The notes: a model not told the origin generated them from the sequence alone. Counted from the stretch's first letter, positions 19,902-30,483 are shown. The stretch: 64,000 bases of DNA from Calothrix sp. NIES-2098 (GCA_002368175.1 AP018172.1:93599-157598); one strand, 5' to 3'. Program-made: numbers and translations.

Positions 19902-20594
19902 ATGAGCGACGCCCTAACGCAAAAAATTCAGCAGGATTTTGATAGAATCGCCTTACTTCAGTCCCAGCAATGGAATCATAACAATCATTACCACCGTTTC
20001 TTACTCAAGCAATTACCATCTCATTGCGAGAGTATTTTAGATATAGGCTGTGGTACTGGGGTTTTCTCTCGTCTTTTAGCTCAACGTGCCGAGCGAGTCA
20101 TTGCGGTAGACTTATCTGCAAAAATGATTGAAGTCGCGCAGCAACAGTCTCAAAGTTATCGAAATATAGACTTCCAAGTAACTGATATATTGCAATGGGA
20201 TTTTCCTGTTAAACATTTTGATGCGATCGCTTCGATAGCTACAGTTCATCATTTACCCTTGGAAATATTATTGCCGAAAATTCAGGCGGCTCTCAAACCG
20301 GGTGGAAAGCTGTTAATTTTAGACTTGGTTAAATCCGAAGGAATAGCGGATATATTCAGCAATGCTCTTGCTTTTCCCTTAAACTTGACATTACAGCTAC
20401 TTAAAAACAAACGCCTCAGACCAACACCAGAAGCGATCGCAGCATGGCGAGAACATGGTATTACTGATGAATATCTGACGCGATCGCAAGCAGAACAAAT
20501 ATATTTGAAATTCTTAACTGGAGCGAAAATCAAAAAGCATTTGTTCTGGCGTTACTCAGTTGTATGGGAAAAACCATTAGCGCCAGGCTCGTAG
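19902..20594 (+). CDS. Class I SAM-dependent methyltransferase.
   Basis: Motif I ILDIGCGTGVFSRLLA; post-I acidic residue VIAVDLS; motif II FDAIASIATVHHL. Confidence 0.8.
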   Translation: MSDALTQKIQQDFDRIALLQSQQWNHNNHYHRFLLKQLPSHCESILDIGCGTGVFSRLLAQRAERVIAVDLSAKMIEVAQQQSQSYRNIDFQVTDILQWDFPVKHFDAIASIATVHHLPLEILLPKIQAALKPGGKLLILDLVKSEGIADIFSNALAFPLNLTLQLLKNKRLRPTPEAIAAWREHGITDEYLTRSQAEQIYLKFLTGAKIKKHLFWRYSVVWEKPLAPGS

Positions 20595-20777
20595 TTGCGC
20601 TTTAGCGCTATAGCAGAGTAGCGCAACTACAAACCAGAAAATTCGCTTCTTCAGGACTTAAACAAAATATTAACGAGAAACTTACAGGCAATTCTAGCCA
20701 ATACTCGGCATACTTAAAGAGGGAGAGCAGTTTAAACAACTCCCTGCTATCTGAGGCGTGAAGGTAAACCAGCGACA

Positions 20778-21317
20778 ATGAGACGTACAACCACTAGTAG
20801 ATCGGCTAATAGTTCTAGATCATCTTCATTCCAATCTTCCATATTTAACTTCACCACCATAGCAATTTTGGGGGGAGTATTTGTCTTAGGTATTGGAATT
20901 GGTATAGCTTTTAGCTCGACAACAACTTTATCCCCATCAAATGTGGCTTCCCGTGAATTTATTGATACCAAAGCACCAAACCCTGAGATTTGCGTGCAAT
21001 ACGGAGCCAGCGCTATGGTGATGGATGCCAGACTTTTTGTAACTCTTAACCCTTTTAATGTCTACGTTGCTCAACCGAGTATGCGCCCTGGATGCGTTCT
21101 CCGTCAAAATAACTGGGCACTTTTAGAGCAGCGCAAGTTAGTAACATCTGACCAAGTAAGAGAATGTAAGAATCGCCTAAACACTTTTGGCTTTACGGGT
21201 AACTTAGATACTGACAAACCTGATATTAGATGCATATATCAAAATGAAGCTGCTCAGAACTTCTTTATGTCTCAACCAGGAGCAGTTGCCCCACCACAAG
21301 AAACGGATAGATTTTAA
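20778..21317 (+). CDS. Conserved hypothetical membrane-anchored protein (cyanobacterial DUF-type).
   Basis: 179 aa, with a Ser/Thr-rich N-terminus followed by a single TM helix (IAILGGVFVLGIGIGIAF) and a soluble domain containing conserved Cys residues. No catalytic motif recognised. Confidence 0.4.
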   Translation: MRRTTTSRSANSSRSSSFQSSIFNFTTIAILGGVFVLGIGIGIAFSSTTTLSPSNVASREFIDTKAPNPEICVQYGASAMVMDARLFVTLNPFNVYVAQPSMRPGCVLRQNNWALLEQRKLVTSDQVRECKNRLNTFGFTGNLDTDKPDIRCIYQNEAAQNFFMSQPGAVAPPQETDRF

Positions 21318-21430
21318 ATAGACTTAAACTTAGTGGTTCATCGCATAAGTTATCAAGGGTTGCAAGGAAGCATCCGACTTCTTGAATCAGTCGGATATCT
21401 TGCAGCCAGCAAAATTAATGCGATAAACCA

Positions 21431-22513
21431 TTAGGAAAATAAATGAGAAATTTGAGTTGTTTGTTCTATAAAAACGCTAATTTTTTCAGGCTGAATTTGC
21501 TTATTGAGTTGGTAAATTATCAGCCATTCACCCCAGCCTTCTACCCACCAGCCAGGATGCTGACTAAAGAATTGCAAGACAGGAAAATTAAATACTTCTC
21601 GGATACCACTTTCTGGTTGACCTTGCAGTCGGTAACTCTGGGAGAATTCTAGATTAGAGGTAAAATTAATGTCTTTATGTCTGAAGAATTCTTTAATTTT
21701 GTCAGATAGATTTTTAGGTCGGAGATTAAACTCAGGTAACTTCCGATAAGGTACTTGGAAAACTGCCACTGTTTGTTGGTATTGATTAGAGTCTTCACCA
21801 GAACCTTCTTGAAATTCATAGTCGCAGAGAATGGCTTCCCAATTTGCACCACGCTTGCGGAGGATATTTCGCATTTCTCGTGAATACCCACGCTGGAACA
21901 AAGGAAGTTTGTAAAAATCTTCATATTGCAGCGTTTTGTCTTCCTCTGAGAAGGTGAGAGCGAGATTTGAGGCTGCTTGTTTGATGTTTTCTGTGCGCTT
22001 CCGCTGACGCTTAGGGAGAATAATCCCACAAGTGCCAGCGAAAATGGCTCCGGTTGTGAAGAAGAGCGTGCTTGCTCCCAACATCGTATAAGATGAGCAA
22101 GTTGCACCTGGTTCAAGCACGGACTGACTTGGCTGTTGAGAATTAAAATGCACGCTTACCTTTTGTCCTTTTTGATATCTGTGGACAATTGACTGAGCGT
22201 GTTCTGAGTCGCTACTACCATATTGCCCAAAAGTTACTCGATCCGATGAGTAAGGCTTTTCGGCTACTGTGTATTGATAGCGGACATCTGCCTCATAACT
22301 AATAGAATCTTCAACCTGACTTTCCTTTACCGCTGATGAAGTGATTAGTCCATTAGTTGTTGACCAATTCAGGCTTTCTTGAGCATTTTTTAGTTCTTGA
22401 TATCCTATAGGAATTAGACCACCGCCCACTACCATAAATACTAAACCCAAGCCTGTTCCCATAATGGTATGAAATTTGCTCATCTTGATGTCACCTCCAT
22501 TTCTTTTCATCAA
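21431..22513 (-). CDS. DUF3592-like membrane protein with a C-terminal soluble domain.
   Basis: After an N-terminal TM helix comes a beta-rich segment (TNGLITSSAVKE...YEADVRYQYTVAEKPYSSDRVTFGQ...YQKGQKVSVHFN) typical of DUF3592. A second TM helix and an ~190-aa C-terminal domain follow. The true start may be an internal Met. Confidence 0.5.
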   Translation of the reverse strand: MMKRNGGDIKMSKFHTIMGTGLGLVFMVVGGGLIPIGYQELKNAQESLNWSTTNGLITSSAVKESQVEDSISYEADVRYQYTVAEKPYSSDRVTFGQYGSSDSEHAQSIVHRYQKGQKVSVHFNSQQPSQSVLEPGATCSSYTMLGASTLFFTTGAIFAGTCGIILPKRQRKRTENIKQAASNLALTFSEEDKTLQYEDFYKLPLFQRGYSREMRNILRKRGANWEAILCDYEFQEGSGEDSNQYQQTVAVFQVPYRKLPEFNLRPKNLSDKIKEFFRHKDINFTSNLEFSQSYRLQGQPESGIREVFNFPVLQFFSQHPGWWVEGWGEWLIIYQLNKQIQPEKISVFIEQTTQISHLFS

Positions 22514-22841
22514 GAAATGCCAAGCTTCTGCAAGTATTTAGAATTCGACACTAATATCGAGAGCAAAACTTCAAAATAATATGAGGTTTTTAATTGTTAA
22601 TAATTAAGTTGATACTTATATGCTAATACTTAAAGCTGTACGAACGTAATTTATATTACAAAAATTGATTTTATATTTTTATAAATTTTTATGAGAAATA
22701 TTGATGTATTTTAGCCAGTAGGTGCATTATGCGAAAGGCTAACGCACACCCTAAATATTTTTATGCTACATATACTTAGATTCTTCAAAAATTAAATCGG
22801 ATTGCTATTGTTTTACTCATATAATGAGCCAAATTCGTTTG

Positions 22842-23579
22842 CTAATCACCAGAGAAGAACAAAGGTAAAATCAGCGCTGTCAAAATTCCCGCTAGTACAA
22901 TTATCTCAATGATGTTGAGAGGGAAATTATTCTGCATCAAATGATGAATTCTTCCCTCAGAAGTAGCTGATAAATTACTCAACCAATTACGCAAACGAGT
23001 AGACCATTGTTTTGGGCTATCTTGTGGGCGTACATTCAGCGAAAATATTGATAATAATAAAGGCGCACCACCTACTTTGCTGGACATCAAAATGTGAAGC
23101 GCGAAACAGCAAACTATAAACACCCAACTAATCAGATGTAGCGAGTACCAAATTTCATTTAACTGTCTTGTAGGCAACCATTCTTCTTTCATCATTCTGC
23201 CAGACAAGACAGCTAAAAATCCAGCGATCAGCATTAATGTATTAGCAATTCTTTGCAGACTAACCCACCAAATCGGTTTACTAACCTGACTTAAGTTTTG
23301 GAGAGAATCTTTTTGTAACAGCTTTTTGTTCCCTGCATGAAAGCTATAGAGGGCTAAGGCTGGAAAAACAACAAAGAAAAATACTGCAAATGTCCCGTGG
23401 ATATCTATAATTTGGTCAATCCGAGGGATAGGTACTTTCCCAAATCTGCCATCGAAAGTATTGTAAACTAAAAAACCTGTGACCATAGCGGCGATCGCTA
23501 AGATTGCACTAACACCATGAATAATCTTTAACAACAAAGGCTGATAGGGCGCAGAACCAGACATGAGTACTTCCCTCAC
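22842..23579 (-). CDS. Cytochrome b561-like / Ni-hydrogenase b-type cytochrome family membrane protein.
   Basis: Four TM helices carry spaced His residues (IHGVSA, IHGTFAVFF, LHLISW, LHILMS), as in di-heme b561-type proteins. Confidence 0.45.
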   Translation of the reverse strand: MREVLMSGSAPYQPLLLKIIHGVSAILAIAAMVTGFLVYNTFDGRFGKVPIPRIDQIIDIHGTFAVFFFVVFPALALYSFHAGNKKLLQKDSLQNLSQVSKPIWWVSLQRIANTLMLIAGFLAVLSGRMMKEEWLPTRQLNEIWYSLHLISWVFIVCCFALHILMSSKVGGAPLLLSIFSLNVRPQDSPKQWSTRLRNWLSNLSATSEGRIHHLMQNNFPLNIIEIIVLAGILTALILPLFFSGD

Positions 23580-23741
23580 TAGTTATTTGCATCCGTGGTT
23601 CAAAAATATTATTTAATATTACGCCCGTTTCAGGGAATACCAAAAAACAAATTATCCCAAATTTTCAGGATGGGATAACGCCACCGCTAGGAGTTGATAC
23701 ACATTTTTCTGTGTCAGCCGAGCAGGTAAATCTTTTAGTAG

Positions 23742-24785
23742 TTAATTTCCTGTTTTGGGAATAGGTTGACCAAACTCAATCACTGGTGTTTCGGGAACAT
23801 TAGATGAATATGGAGATTGCGGAAGTGTAGGAATAGGAAAATCAGGTTTAGCAATCGAAGTAGGGTTATTAAAATTACCAGGTTGATTTGGGAAAATAGG
23901 TGGCGGAAGGGTAGAACTGGGGAGTTGAGATTGGTTGTTAGGCGTCAGAGGCGGTACAACTACAAATGGTTGTTGTTGGTTAGTAGGTATTACCGGCAAG
24001 TTATTAGATGATGGCGGTAAAGTAGGAAAGGGCGATTGTTGGTTAGGATTTGGTAATTGATTAATAGGTTGTTGAGGATAGTTATATGGGAATTGGGGTA
24101 AGTTATTAAGCTGTTGTGGGGAGTTAGGTAATTGTGGATAGTTACCTGGTTTTACAGAGTTTCTATAACCAGAATTGGCAGCACGTAAAACCCAGCGATT
24201 AGGATTTTTCTTAGATACAGGTTGCAATTTTACTTGATTGGGGTCTACAAAATTCCCTGGTGCTAAATCCAAAACAATGCGCGTTACGCCTGCGTTCAAT
24301 TGAGAAATTCGCACTCTTTGGATAGCTCCAGAATAATTTTGTTGAGTGGGAACATATCCCAACTTAGTATTAGGCAAATCGACAACAATCCGCGGAGGTT
24401 GGGCAAGATAGAAGTAGTGAGGTTTTGTACTTGCAGAAAGAGCAAATTCTAGTTGTAATACTTCTGGAGAAAAACGCCAATTATCTAGCCTAGCTAAGGG
24501 AGTGCTTACATTTCCTGGTGGGACATTGGGATAATAGGGAGCCTGTAGCTGCTTCGTTACTGGTTTGGCAATACTGCTACCAGCTTGTAAAGTAATTGCT
24601 ATGTATACGCCAAACAAGCTAATACCAAATAGCTGCCGACAATATGGGAAGAACTTCTTATAGCTGTTCCCATTCAGATACGGTACAACATTATATCGCC
24701 AATTGTAGGGGCACGGCAGTGCCGTGCCCCTACGGGTGTACCTCATGTAAAAGAGAATCGCTATAGTCCTTAAACCTTTATCCAT
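23742..24785 (-). CDS. AMIN-domain protein with a long Pro/Gln/Asn-rich low-complexity C-terminus.
   Basis: The central region YFYLAQPPRIVVDLPNTKLGY...VQRVRISQLNAGVTRIVLDLAPG matches AMIN domains of AmiC/PilQ N-termini. The C-terminal 170 aa are PNQ-rich. The 5' end contains a perfect 13-bp palindrome, so the true start is probably an internal Met. Confidence 0.55.
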   Translation of the reverse strand: MDKGLRTIAILFYMRYTRRGTALPCPYNWRYNVVPYLNGNSYKKFFPYCRQLFGISLFGVYIAITLQAGSSIAKPVTKQLQAPYYPNVPPGNVSTPLARLDNWRFSPEVLQLEFALSASTKPHYFYLAQPPRIVVDLPNTKLGYVPTQQNYSGAIQRVRISQLNAGVTRIVLDLAPGNFVDPNQVKLQPVSKKNPNRWVLRAANSGYRNSVKPGNYPQLPNSPQQLNNLPQFPYNYPQQPINQLPNPNQQSPFPTLPPSSNNLPVIPTNQQQPFVVVPPLTPNNQSQLPSSTLPPPIFPNQPGNFNNPTSIAKPDFPIPTLPQSPYSSNVPETPVIEFGQPIPKTGN

Positions 24786-24863
24786 GATTTCTATCTTTTA
24801 TATTTTGAGCTATTTGGTATTTTCTGTGATGCTTAATAGCTATTGTTCATCGGCACTCATATT

Positions 24864-25385
24864 TTAATGGCTTTTTTTCTGCTGTGATTTATTGTGATTT
24901 TTTTGAGGTACAGCTGTAAATTTAAAAGTTTTGGTGCTACCACTCAAGTTTAATTCACCTATCAAATTTCCCTTATCTAGCAATTGCATTTGTATTCTAG
25001 CTAAGTGAACGTATGCATTTTGCGGAGAAGTAAGATTACACAAATGAGATCTTTCTAGGTTGCCAGATAAACTCAATTGTTTATTTCTCAAAATGCCAGA
25101 GAGAACATCGTTTTTTGCATTGCTATTGGGGGTTTCTTCATTAGTATTTACTGGTAAGAAAGATGCATTGATGTAAATACCTGATTGTTGGATATTGAGC
25201 ATTAAAGCATCTGGTTTCTCACAGTTGGGAATATTTTCCGCCAAAGCAACACGATAGCTACTGTTAATTTCAGGAGGAGCTTTCAGGCTGCTTTCGCCGT
25301 AAGCACTGACAGTTTTAAACAATAGGAGAACTGAACCGATCGCAATCCCATAGAAGGCTAAGGATTTTACATTTAAGTGATTCAT
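24864..25385 (-). CDS. Hypothetical secreted protein.
   Basis: 173 aa with an N-terminal signal-like helix (LAFYGIAIGSVLLLFKTVSAYG). No recognisable domain. Confidence 0.4.
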   Translation of the reverse strand: MNHLNVKSLAFYGIAIGSVLLLFKTVSAYGESSLKAPPEINSSYRVALAENIPNCEKPDALMLNIQQSGIYINASFLPVNTNEETPNSNAKNDVLSGILRNKQLSLSGNLERSHLCNLTSPQNAYVHLARIQMQLLDKGNLIGELNLSGSTKTFKFTAVPQKNHNKSQQKKSH

Positions 25386-25389
25386 GGCT

Positions 25390-27564
25390 TCAGCTCCTAG
25401 CGACTGATTCTTGAGTACTGGCTTCCGAAAGTACGGAGGATAAATGAGAGGTAACTTGACTATAGCGGCGAGTAATCAGCAACGAAGAACGACATTGGAT
25501 GGCTAGCTGATCTGTATATCTGCCGAGAGTTTGACGTTGGATACCCCAAGCGCGGCTAGTACCAGCAATTGTCAGGTCAACGGCTTCGGAAGCTGCAACT
25601 ACTGCTTGAATTGGTTCTGGCGCTTCAATGGTTTTAATTTGAATGCGATCGCGTACACTATTTGGCATTTGCTCCATCATCGTGTGCAGCTCGTAACTCA
25701 ATTCATTGTTGACTTGATTTTCTGACAATACTTGTAAAATCTGCAACGTACAAGTATCGCGATTAATCAGCAATCTTAATGCAAGTATCAGCGCCAAATC
25801 ATCATGAATATTTGCCGAGTAAGGAACTAACAAGCTCTCTAATCGCTCTCCTCCGCGGTCAACAAATACTGCTACATCTACGGGTGTAGTAGTTAAAATT
25901 TGCCCAACTCTCCCACCTAAGCGATTATTACTAAAAGCTGGACGGTGCCAACCTACTAAAACCAAGTTAGGTTGCTCGATTTTGGCAATCTCGGCTGTTT
26001 CTCTAGCAACGTTGCTTGATAGGCGGATGATGGGGTGGACATAAGAACGTGTAGTTGGCGGTTCTAGAGTATTTATTAAATCATCTAGCTGTTGACGGCG
26101 TTGCTCGATTAAGCGGTTAGCCTCAACTGGCGTACTCTCAAACGCATAGTCTTCTTCAAATTCAATCAGGCTGAGGGGATGAACCACAGCAGATTGGCGA
26201 TAGTTGAGAGCGATCGCTACAGCTAACTGGACTAAGCCTTTTTGGCTGCTAGGATTAGCTACTGGTACTAAAATTCGGTACTCGCTACCAACAGTAGTTT
26301 CCTTTTCAGTTTCTTCTGCTTCTGGCTCAATTCGATCTAACCGGATCAGCTTTTTCGGATATGTCCATTCCAGCAGTGGTGAGGTCATAAATGTTGTCAC
26401 CAATGCCATAATCACCAGCATGGTAAAAAGTACAGGGGAAATCACGCCTAAATCTAGCCCAATATTTAATACGATTAACTCAGTCAAACCGCGAGTATTC
26501 ATTAACCAACCAAGGGCTGATGCTTCTCGCTTGTTAATCCCGCTGACACGCGCTGCAACATAAGTACCAATATACTTACCTGCGATCGCCACTGCTAAAA
26601 CTAATAAACACAGCAACCATAGTTCGGGATGGTTGAGCAAACCAATTTGTGTCCGCAAACCACTAAAGGCAAAGAACACTGGGAGTAGAAATACCAAGAC
26701 AAAATCTTCGGTTTTTTCTGCCAATTCCCTAACTAAATCTGCATTTTTGGGCATAGCCGCACCCAGCAAAAATGCCCCAAAAATTAGGTGAATACCAATT
26801 AGTTCGGTGATGAGGGCAGAAGCCACAACGGCCATATAAATCAACGCTACTACGAATTGACTCAGCCGCCCCGCGCGCTGGTAGTGGGTTGCAAGACGTT
26901 GCAAGAACCAACGCCCTGCTGTGAGCATAAAGCCGATATAGAGTAAGCTTTCGAGAATTGTGGGGAATGCACTAGCAATACTACCTTCTCTGGCGACTGC
27001 GATCGCAACTGCTAACACGCACCAAGCTGTCACATCATCCACAGCCGCACAAGTTAACGCCAATGTTCCTAAGCGCGTTCCTTGCAAGTTGTTCTCTGTA
27101 ATAATTCGTGCCAATACAGGAAAGGCTGTAATTGACATCGCCGCCCCTAAAAATAGGGCAAAAGCGGTAAAGGAAACACTCGCATTGGAAACCAGAGGAT
27201 AAAGCAACACTGCTAACAGTGTTCCTAAAGAAAATGGCACCAAAATGCTGACATGAGAAGTCAAAACTGCTGTTTCTAACTGACCGCTGAGGTATTTGGG
27301 ATTGAGTTCCAAACCAATGAGAAACATGAAAAATATCAGTCCTACCTGAGACAACACATTCAAAAATGGAATTGTCTCCGGTGGGAACAGAGTAGCTGCT
27401 ACTGATGGCGCAATCAGACCAAATAGAGAAGGGCCAAGCATAATTCCGGCGACAATCTCACCAATTACCAGCGGTTGCTTAACTGACTTAAATGCCAGCC
27501 CTACTAGCCGTGACAGTCCAATAACAGTCAGCACCTCAAAGAGAACGAGTATTACTGTGTGCAT
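25390..27564 (-). CDS. Cation:proton antiporter (CPA1/CPA2, Na+/H+ exchanger family) with tandem C-terminal universal-stress-protein-like domains.
   Basis: The N-terminal ~400 aa are polytopic, with CPA motifs (GEIVAGIMLGPS, FFMFLIGLE, ITAFPVLARI, GAFLLGAAMP). The C-terminal ~300 aa are soluble with a USP-like fold (NLVLVGWHRP...VDVAVFVDRG). Confidence 0.8.
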   Translation of the reverse strand: MHTVILVLFEVLTVIGLSRLVGLAFKSVKQPLVIGEIVAGIMLGPSLFGLIAPSVAATLFPPETIPFLNVLSQVGLIFFMFLIGLELNPKYLSGQLETAVLTSHVSILVPFSLGTLLAVLLYPLVSNASVSFTAFALFLGAAMSITAFPVLARIITENNLQGTRLGTLALTCAAVDDVTAWCVLAVAIAVAREGSIASAFPTILESLLYIGFMLTAGRWFLQRLATHYQRAGRLSQFVVALIYMAVVASALITELIGIHLIFGAFLLGAAMPKNADLVRELAEKTEDFVLVFLLPVFFAFSGLRTQIGLLNHPELWLLCLLVLAVAIAGKYIGTYVAARVSGINKREASALGWLMNTRGLTELIVLNIGLDLGVISPVLFTMLVIMALVTTFMTSPLLEWTYPKKLIRLDRIEPEAEETEKETTVGSEYRILVPVANPSSQKGLVQLAVAIALNYRQSAVVHPLSLIEFEEDYAFESTPVEANRLIEQRRQQLDDLINTLEPPTTRSYVHPIIRLSSNVARETAEIAKIEQPNLVLVGWHRPAFSNNRLGGRVGQILTTTPVDVAVFVDRGGERLESLLVPYSANIHDDLALILALRLLINRDTCTLQILQVLSENQVNNELSYELHTMMEQMPNSVRDRIQIKTIEAPEPIQAVVAASEAVDLTIAGTSRAWGIQRQTLGRYTDQLAIQCRSSLLITRRYSQVTSHLSSVLSEASTQESVARS

Positions 27565-27736
27565 AGTTTCCTCGAAAGCGACTATCCGGTTTCCCTAAGA
27601 TAATTCTTTAAACCAATAGAAATTGTCAACCTTTTTATACACACCACAAGTACAATCGTGCCAGGTTATGATGTTAATTGTTGTTACGACACTAGGCTAG
27701 TAATTAGCAATTAAGTGTGGGGAATCTAATATCTAC

Positions 27737-27778
27737 AGTCAAAAGTCAAGAGTCAAGAGTCAAAAGTCAAGAGTTAAT
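27737..27778. repeat. STRR-like heptanucleotide tandem repeat (AGTCAAG/AGTCAAA, 6 copies).
   Basis: agtcaaaagtcaagagtcaagagtcaaaagtcaagagtt, read directly from the sequence. Confidence 0.8.
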
Positions 27779-27902
27779 ATTTACAGGAGTTATTACCTCA
27801 AATATTTTGCTTAAGTCCTTCTTTCCTAACCCTGAGTTTCTAATTTTCAGCTAGTCAATCATAGACAATTTCCACAACGGGAGTATGAAGAACTTTAACC
27901 TT

Positions 27903-27930
27903 CTGCCTCCTGCCTTCTGCCTTCTGCCCT
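27903..27930. repeat. Heptanucleotide tandem repeat (CTGCCTT, 4 copies).
   Basis: ctgcctcctgccttctgccttctgccct. Confidence 0.75.
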
Positions 27931-27974
27931 ATTTAAAATAGCCAATTAACACTCAAATTTTGGCTTAATTCTGC

Positions 27975-29264
27975 TTAAGCCGGAGATTTTTCGTAACTTG
28001 TACCTTGTAATAAAAAGGCAACTAATGGCGATGCCATTAATGTTGTCACAATTGCCATAATAACCATGATAGTAAATAAAGTTGGGGTAATTACGCCTTG
28101 CTCTAGACCAATATTCAGGATGATTAACTCCATCAAACCGCGTGCATTCATTAGCGCACCAATAGTGGCTGATTCGCGCCAACTTTCTCCGGCAAATCTT
28201 GCTGCTAGCATACAAGCAATACCTTTACCCAAAATTGCGATCGCTATAATTAACAGCGTAATTCCCCACAAGGTAGGTGTATTTACCAATCCGATTTGCG
28301 TGTTGAGTCCAGAGAAGACAAAAAATATTGGCAATAAAAATGCCGTTGTTAAATATTCTGTGCGATCGCGTATTTGTTCGGCAAATTCACCCCTTGGCAT
28401 TGCTGTACCTAAAATAAAAGCACCAAAGACTGCATAGATACCTATGGCATCAGTAAACCACGAACAGAACATTAACACCATCAGCACTAAAGTTAAAGTT
28501 TGAATTGTCACCCTACCATCTTTGTCTGCGATGCGTGTAAAGATAGTTAATGCAGGTCTGCCAACAAAAATTGTGAATATCACGTAGCCGATACCACCAC
28601 CAATTGCTAAAGCAGCAATACTTGTATTCGCATTTAGACTGGCTAAGACAATAGCTAGCAAACACCATGCAGTCGCATCATCTATAGAACCAGCTGCTAG
28701 TGCTAAAGTGCCAAAGGTGGTTTTAGCAATGCCGCGTTCGTAGAGCATCCGGGCTAACATGGGAAATGCTGTAATCGACATCGAAGCACCGAGATATAAA
28801 GCCGCAGCCCAAGGTGTAACTCCCGATTTGAATAAATCGCCTTTACCATATAAGAAAAAAGCTGCCACTGCACCCAAACAAAAAGGCGCAATTATCCCTG
28901 CACCAGATACCAAACCAGCACTCTTCATGCGCTGCTTAATCAGATTGGTATTGAATTCTAAGCCGATTAAAAACATATAAATTACCAGCCCAATCTGACT
29001 GATTGCGAAGAGAATTGACATCGAAGGATTGGGAATTTTTGCTCCCGTTGCTAATAAAATTGGTGCTTTGGGAAATAGCCATTGCTGTATTTCTGGATTG
29101 ATTAAACCCAGCAAAGATGGGCCTAACATTACACCAGCAATCATTTCACAAACAACATCGGTTTGTCCCAAATATCGTTTCCCAACAATAGTTACCAGGC
29201 GACAAGTTACCAAGATTACGGTTAGTTGCAGTAACAGCTTGAGTACTAGCTCAAAATTTGACAT
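27975..29264 (-). CDS. Cation:proton antiporter (Na+/H+ exchanger family), short form without a regulatory domain.
   Basis: 429 aa and polytopic. It is a paralog of the upstream antiporter (GEMIAGVMLGPS, FMFLIGLEF, ITAFPMLARM, GAFILGTAMP). Confidence 0.8.
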   Translation of the reverse strand: MSNFELVLKLLLQLTVILVTCRLVTIVGKRYLGQTDVVCEMIAGVMLGPSLLGLINPEIQQWLFPKAPILLATGAKIPNPSMSILFAISQIGLVIYMFLIGLEFNTNLIKQRMKSAGLVSGAGIIAPFCLGAVAAFFLYGKGDLFKSGVTPWAAALYLGASMSITAFPMLARMLYERGIAKTTFGTLALAAGSIDDATAWCLLAIVLASLNANTSIAALAIGGGIGYVIFTIFVGRPALTIFTRIADKDGRVTIQTLTLVLMVLMFCSWFTDAIGIYAVFGAFILGTAMPRGEFAEQIRDRTEYLTTAFLLPIFFVFSGLNTQIGLVNTPTLWGITLLIIAIAILGKGIACMLAARFAGESWRESATIGALMNARGLMELIILNIGLEQGVITPTLFTIMVIMAIVTTLMASPLVAFLLQGTSYEKSPA

Positions 29265-29417
29265 TTTATTTCCTTATAGAAAATGGGGAGATTGGGGAAG
29301 GCAGTATAGCAATCTTAAGCTAAGAGTAAGCTTAGATAATGAAGAGTTGAGATTTTTTACAGATTGCGATCGCCAGTTAAATATTTCAGAAAAAACTGAT
29401 ATCTTTAAACAAAAAAT

Positions 29418-29909
29418 ATGAGTGCTAACGAAATCATTCTTCGACCTGCACAAGAAACAGATGCATGGGATATTAGTGCAATTCATATTGCTGCGATCAA
29501 AGCACTACCAGCAACTTTCTATTCTCACAAAGAACTGTTAGCTTGGCGAAATTATCGTGACAAGCCTGATGGTTCAAATATCATGAAGAGTCTTAAAGCA
29601 AAACATTTGTGGGTAGCTATCGAAAATGATGTAGTTGCCGGGTTTGCTAGTTATATTGCAGATGAACTCATAGCTTTATACGTACATCCCAAATACCAAA
29701 AAAAAGGTATAGGGCGAGTTTTAGTTCAACATTTTTGCCATCAAGCCAGCGAGCAAGGTATAGATAAAGTACTTACAACTGCTAGCCTTTATGCTGAAGG
29801 ATTTTATTCGCGGTTGGGTTTTACTTTTATCGCCAGGGCACCGCATCAGTTAAAGAAAGGGGTAATTGTTCCAGTCACGAAAATGAGTAAAAAATTAGAT
29901 TTAGCTTGA
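29418..29909 (+). CDS. GNAT-family N-acetyltransferase.
   Basis: Acetyl-CoA binding motif LYVHPKYQKKGIGRVLVQHF in a 163-aa protein. Confidence 0.8.
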   Translation: MSANEIILRPAQETDAWDISAIHIAAIKALPATFYSHKELLAWRNYRDKPDGSNIMKSLKAKHLWVAIENDVVAGFASYIADELIALYVHPKYQKKGIGRVLVQHFCHQASEQGIDKVLTTASLYAEGFYSRLGFTFIARAPHQLKKGVIVPVTKMSKKLDLA

Positions 29910-30039
29910 AATTCGGGGTTAGTAACCCCAAGGTGGAAGTCAAAAGAATTGTATTTCAGTCTTTTGCGTGATTTTAAATCGTCTCATTACAATTCTTCAT
30001 GACAGGCAATTATCAATAGACTTCTTGCACGAATACAAA

Positions 30040-30235
30040 ACTTACCCTCATCCCCCAGCCCCTTCTCCCAAAATTGGGAGAAGGGGAGCCGATAAGCTGC
30101 GAAGCATCTAATTTGTATATAAGACGCGGGCTTTCCGTCCCGCACTACAATTATTTTGCGTTTTTGACTTACATAATTTAGCTGCACATCAGCCGATCAA
30201 AGTCCCTCTCCCATGCATGGGAGAGGGATTTAGGG
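30040..30235. repeat. Cluster of GC-rich perfect hairpin (palindromic) elements.
   Basis: ccccttctcccaaaattgggagaagggg forms an 11-bp stem and gtccctctcccatgcatgggagagggat forms a 10-bp stem. These are typical cyanobacterial intergenic hairpin repeats. Confidence 0.6.
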
Positions 30236-30274
30236 TGAGGGTAAAGATTCATGCAAGAGGTCTAATTAAAGCTG

Positions 30275-30483
30275 CCGAAATAGCAATTGTAGTATCGAAA
30301 ACAGCAATTGTAGCCTCCGAAATCGCAATTGTAGTATCGAAAACAGCAATTGTAGCCTCCGAAATCGCAATTGTAGTCTCCGAAATGGCAATTGTAGCCT
30401 CCGCAACCGCAATCGTATTCTCCGAAATGGCAATTGTAATCTCCGCAACCGCAATTGACGTACCAAAAATAGCAAATGCGTAG
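30275..30483. repeat. Tandem array of about 10 copies of a 21-bp unit, GAAAT(N)GCAATTGTAG(N3)TCC. Same family as 6681-6928.
   Basis: gaaatcgcaattgtagtatcg / aaaacagcaattgtagcctcc / gaaatggcaattgtagcctcc ... It lies 200 bp upstream of the MVP gene. The heptad-repeat ORFs (30217-30483 +, 30249-30527 -, and others) are artefacts. Confidence 0.8.
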
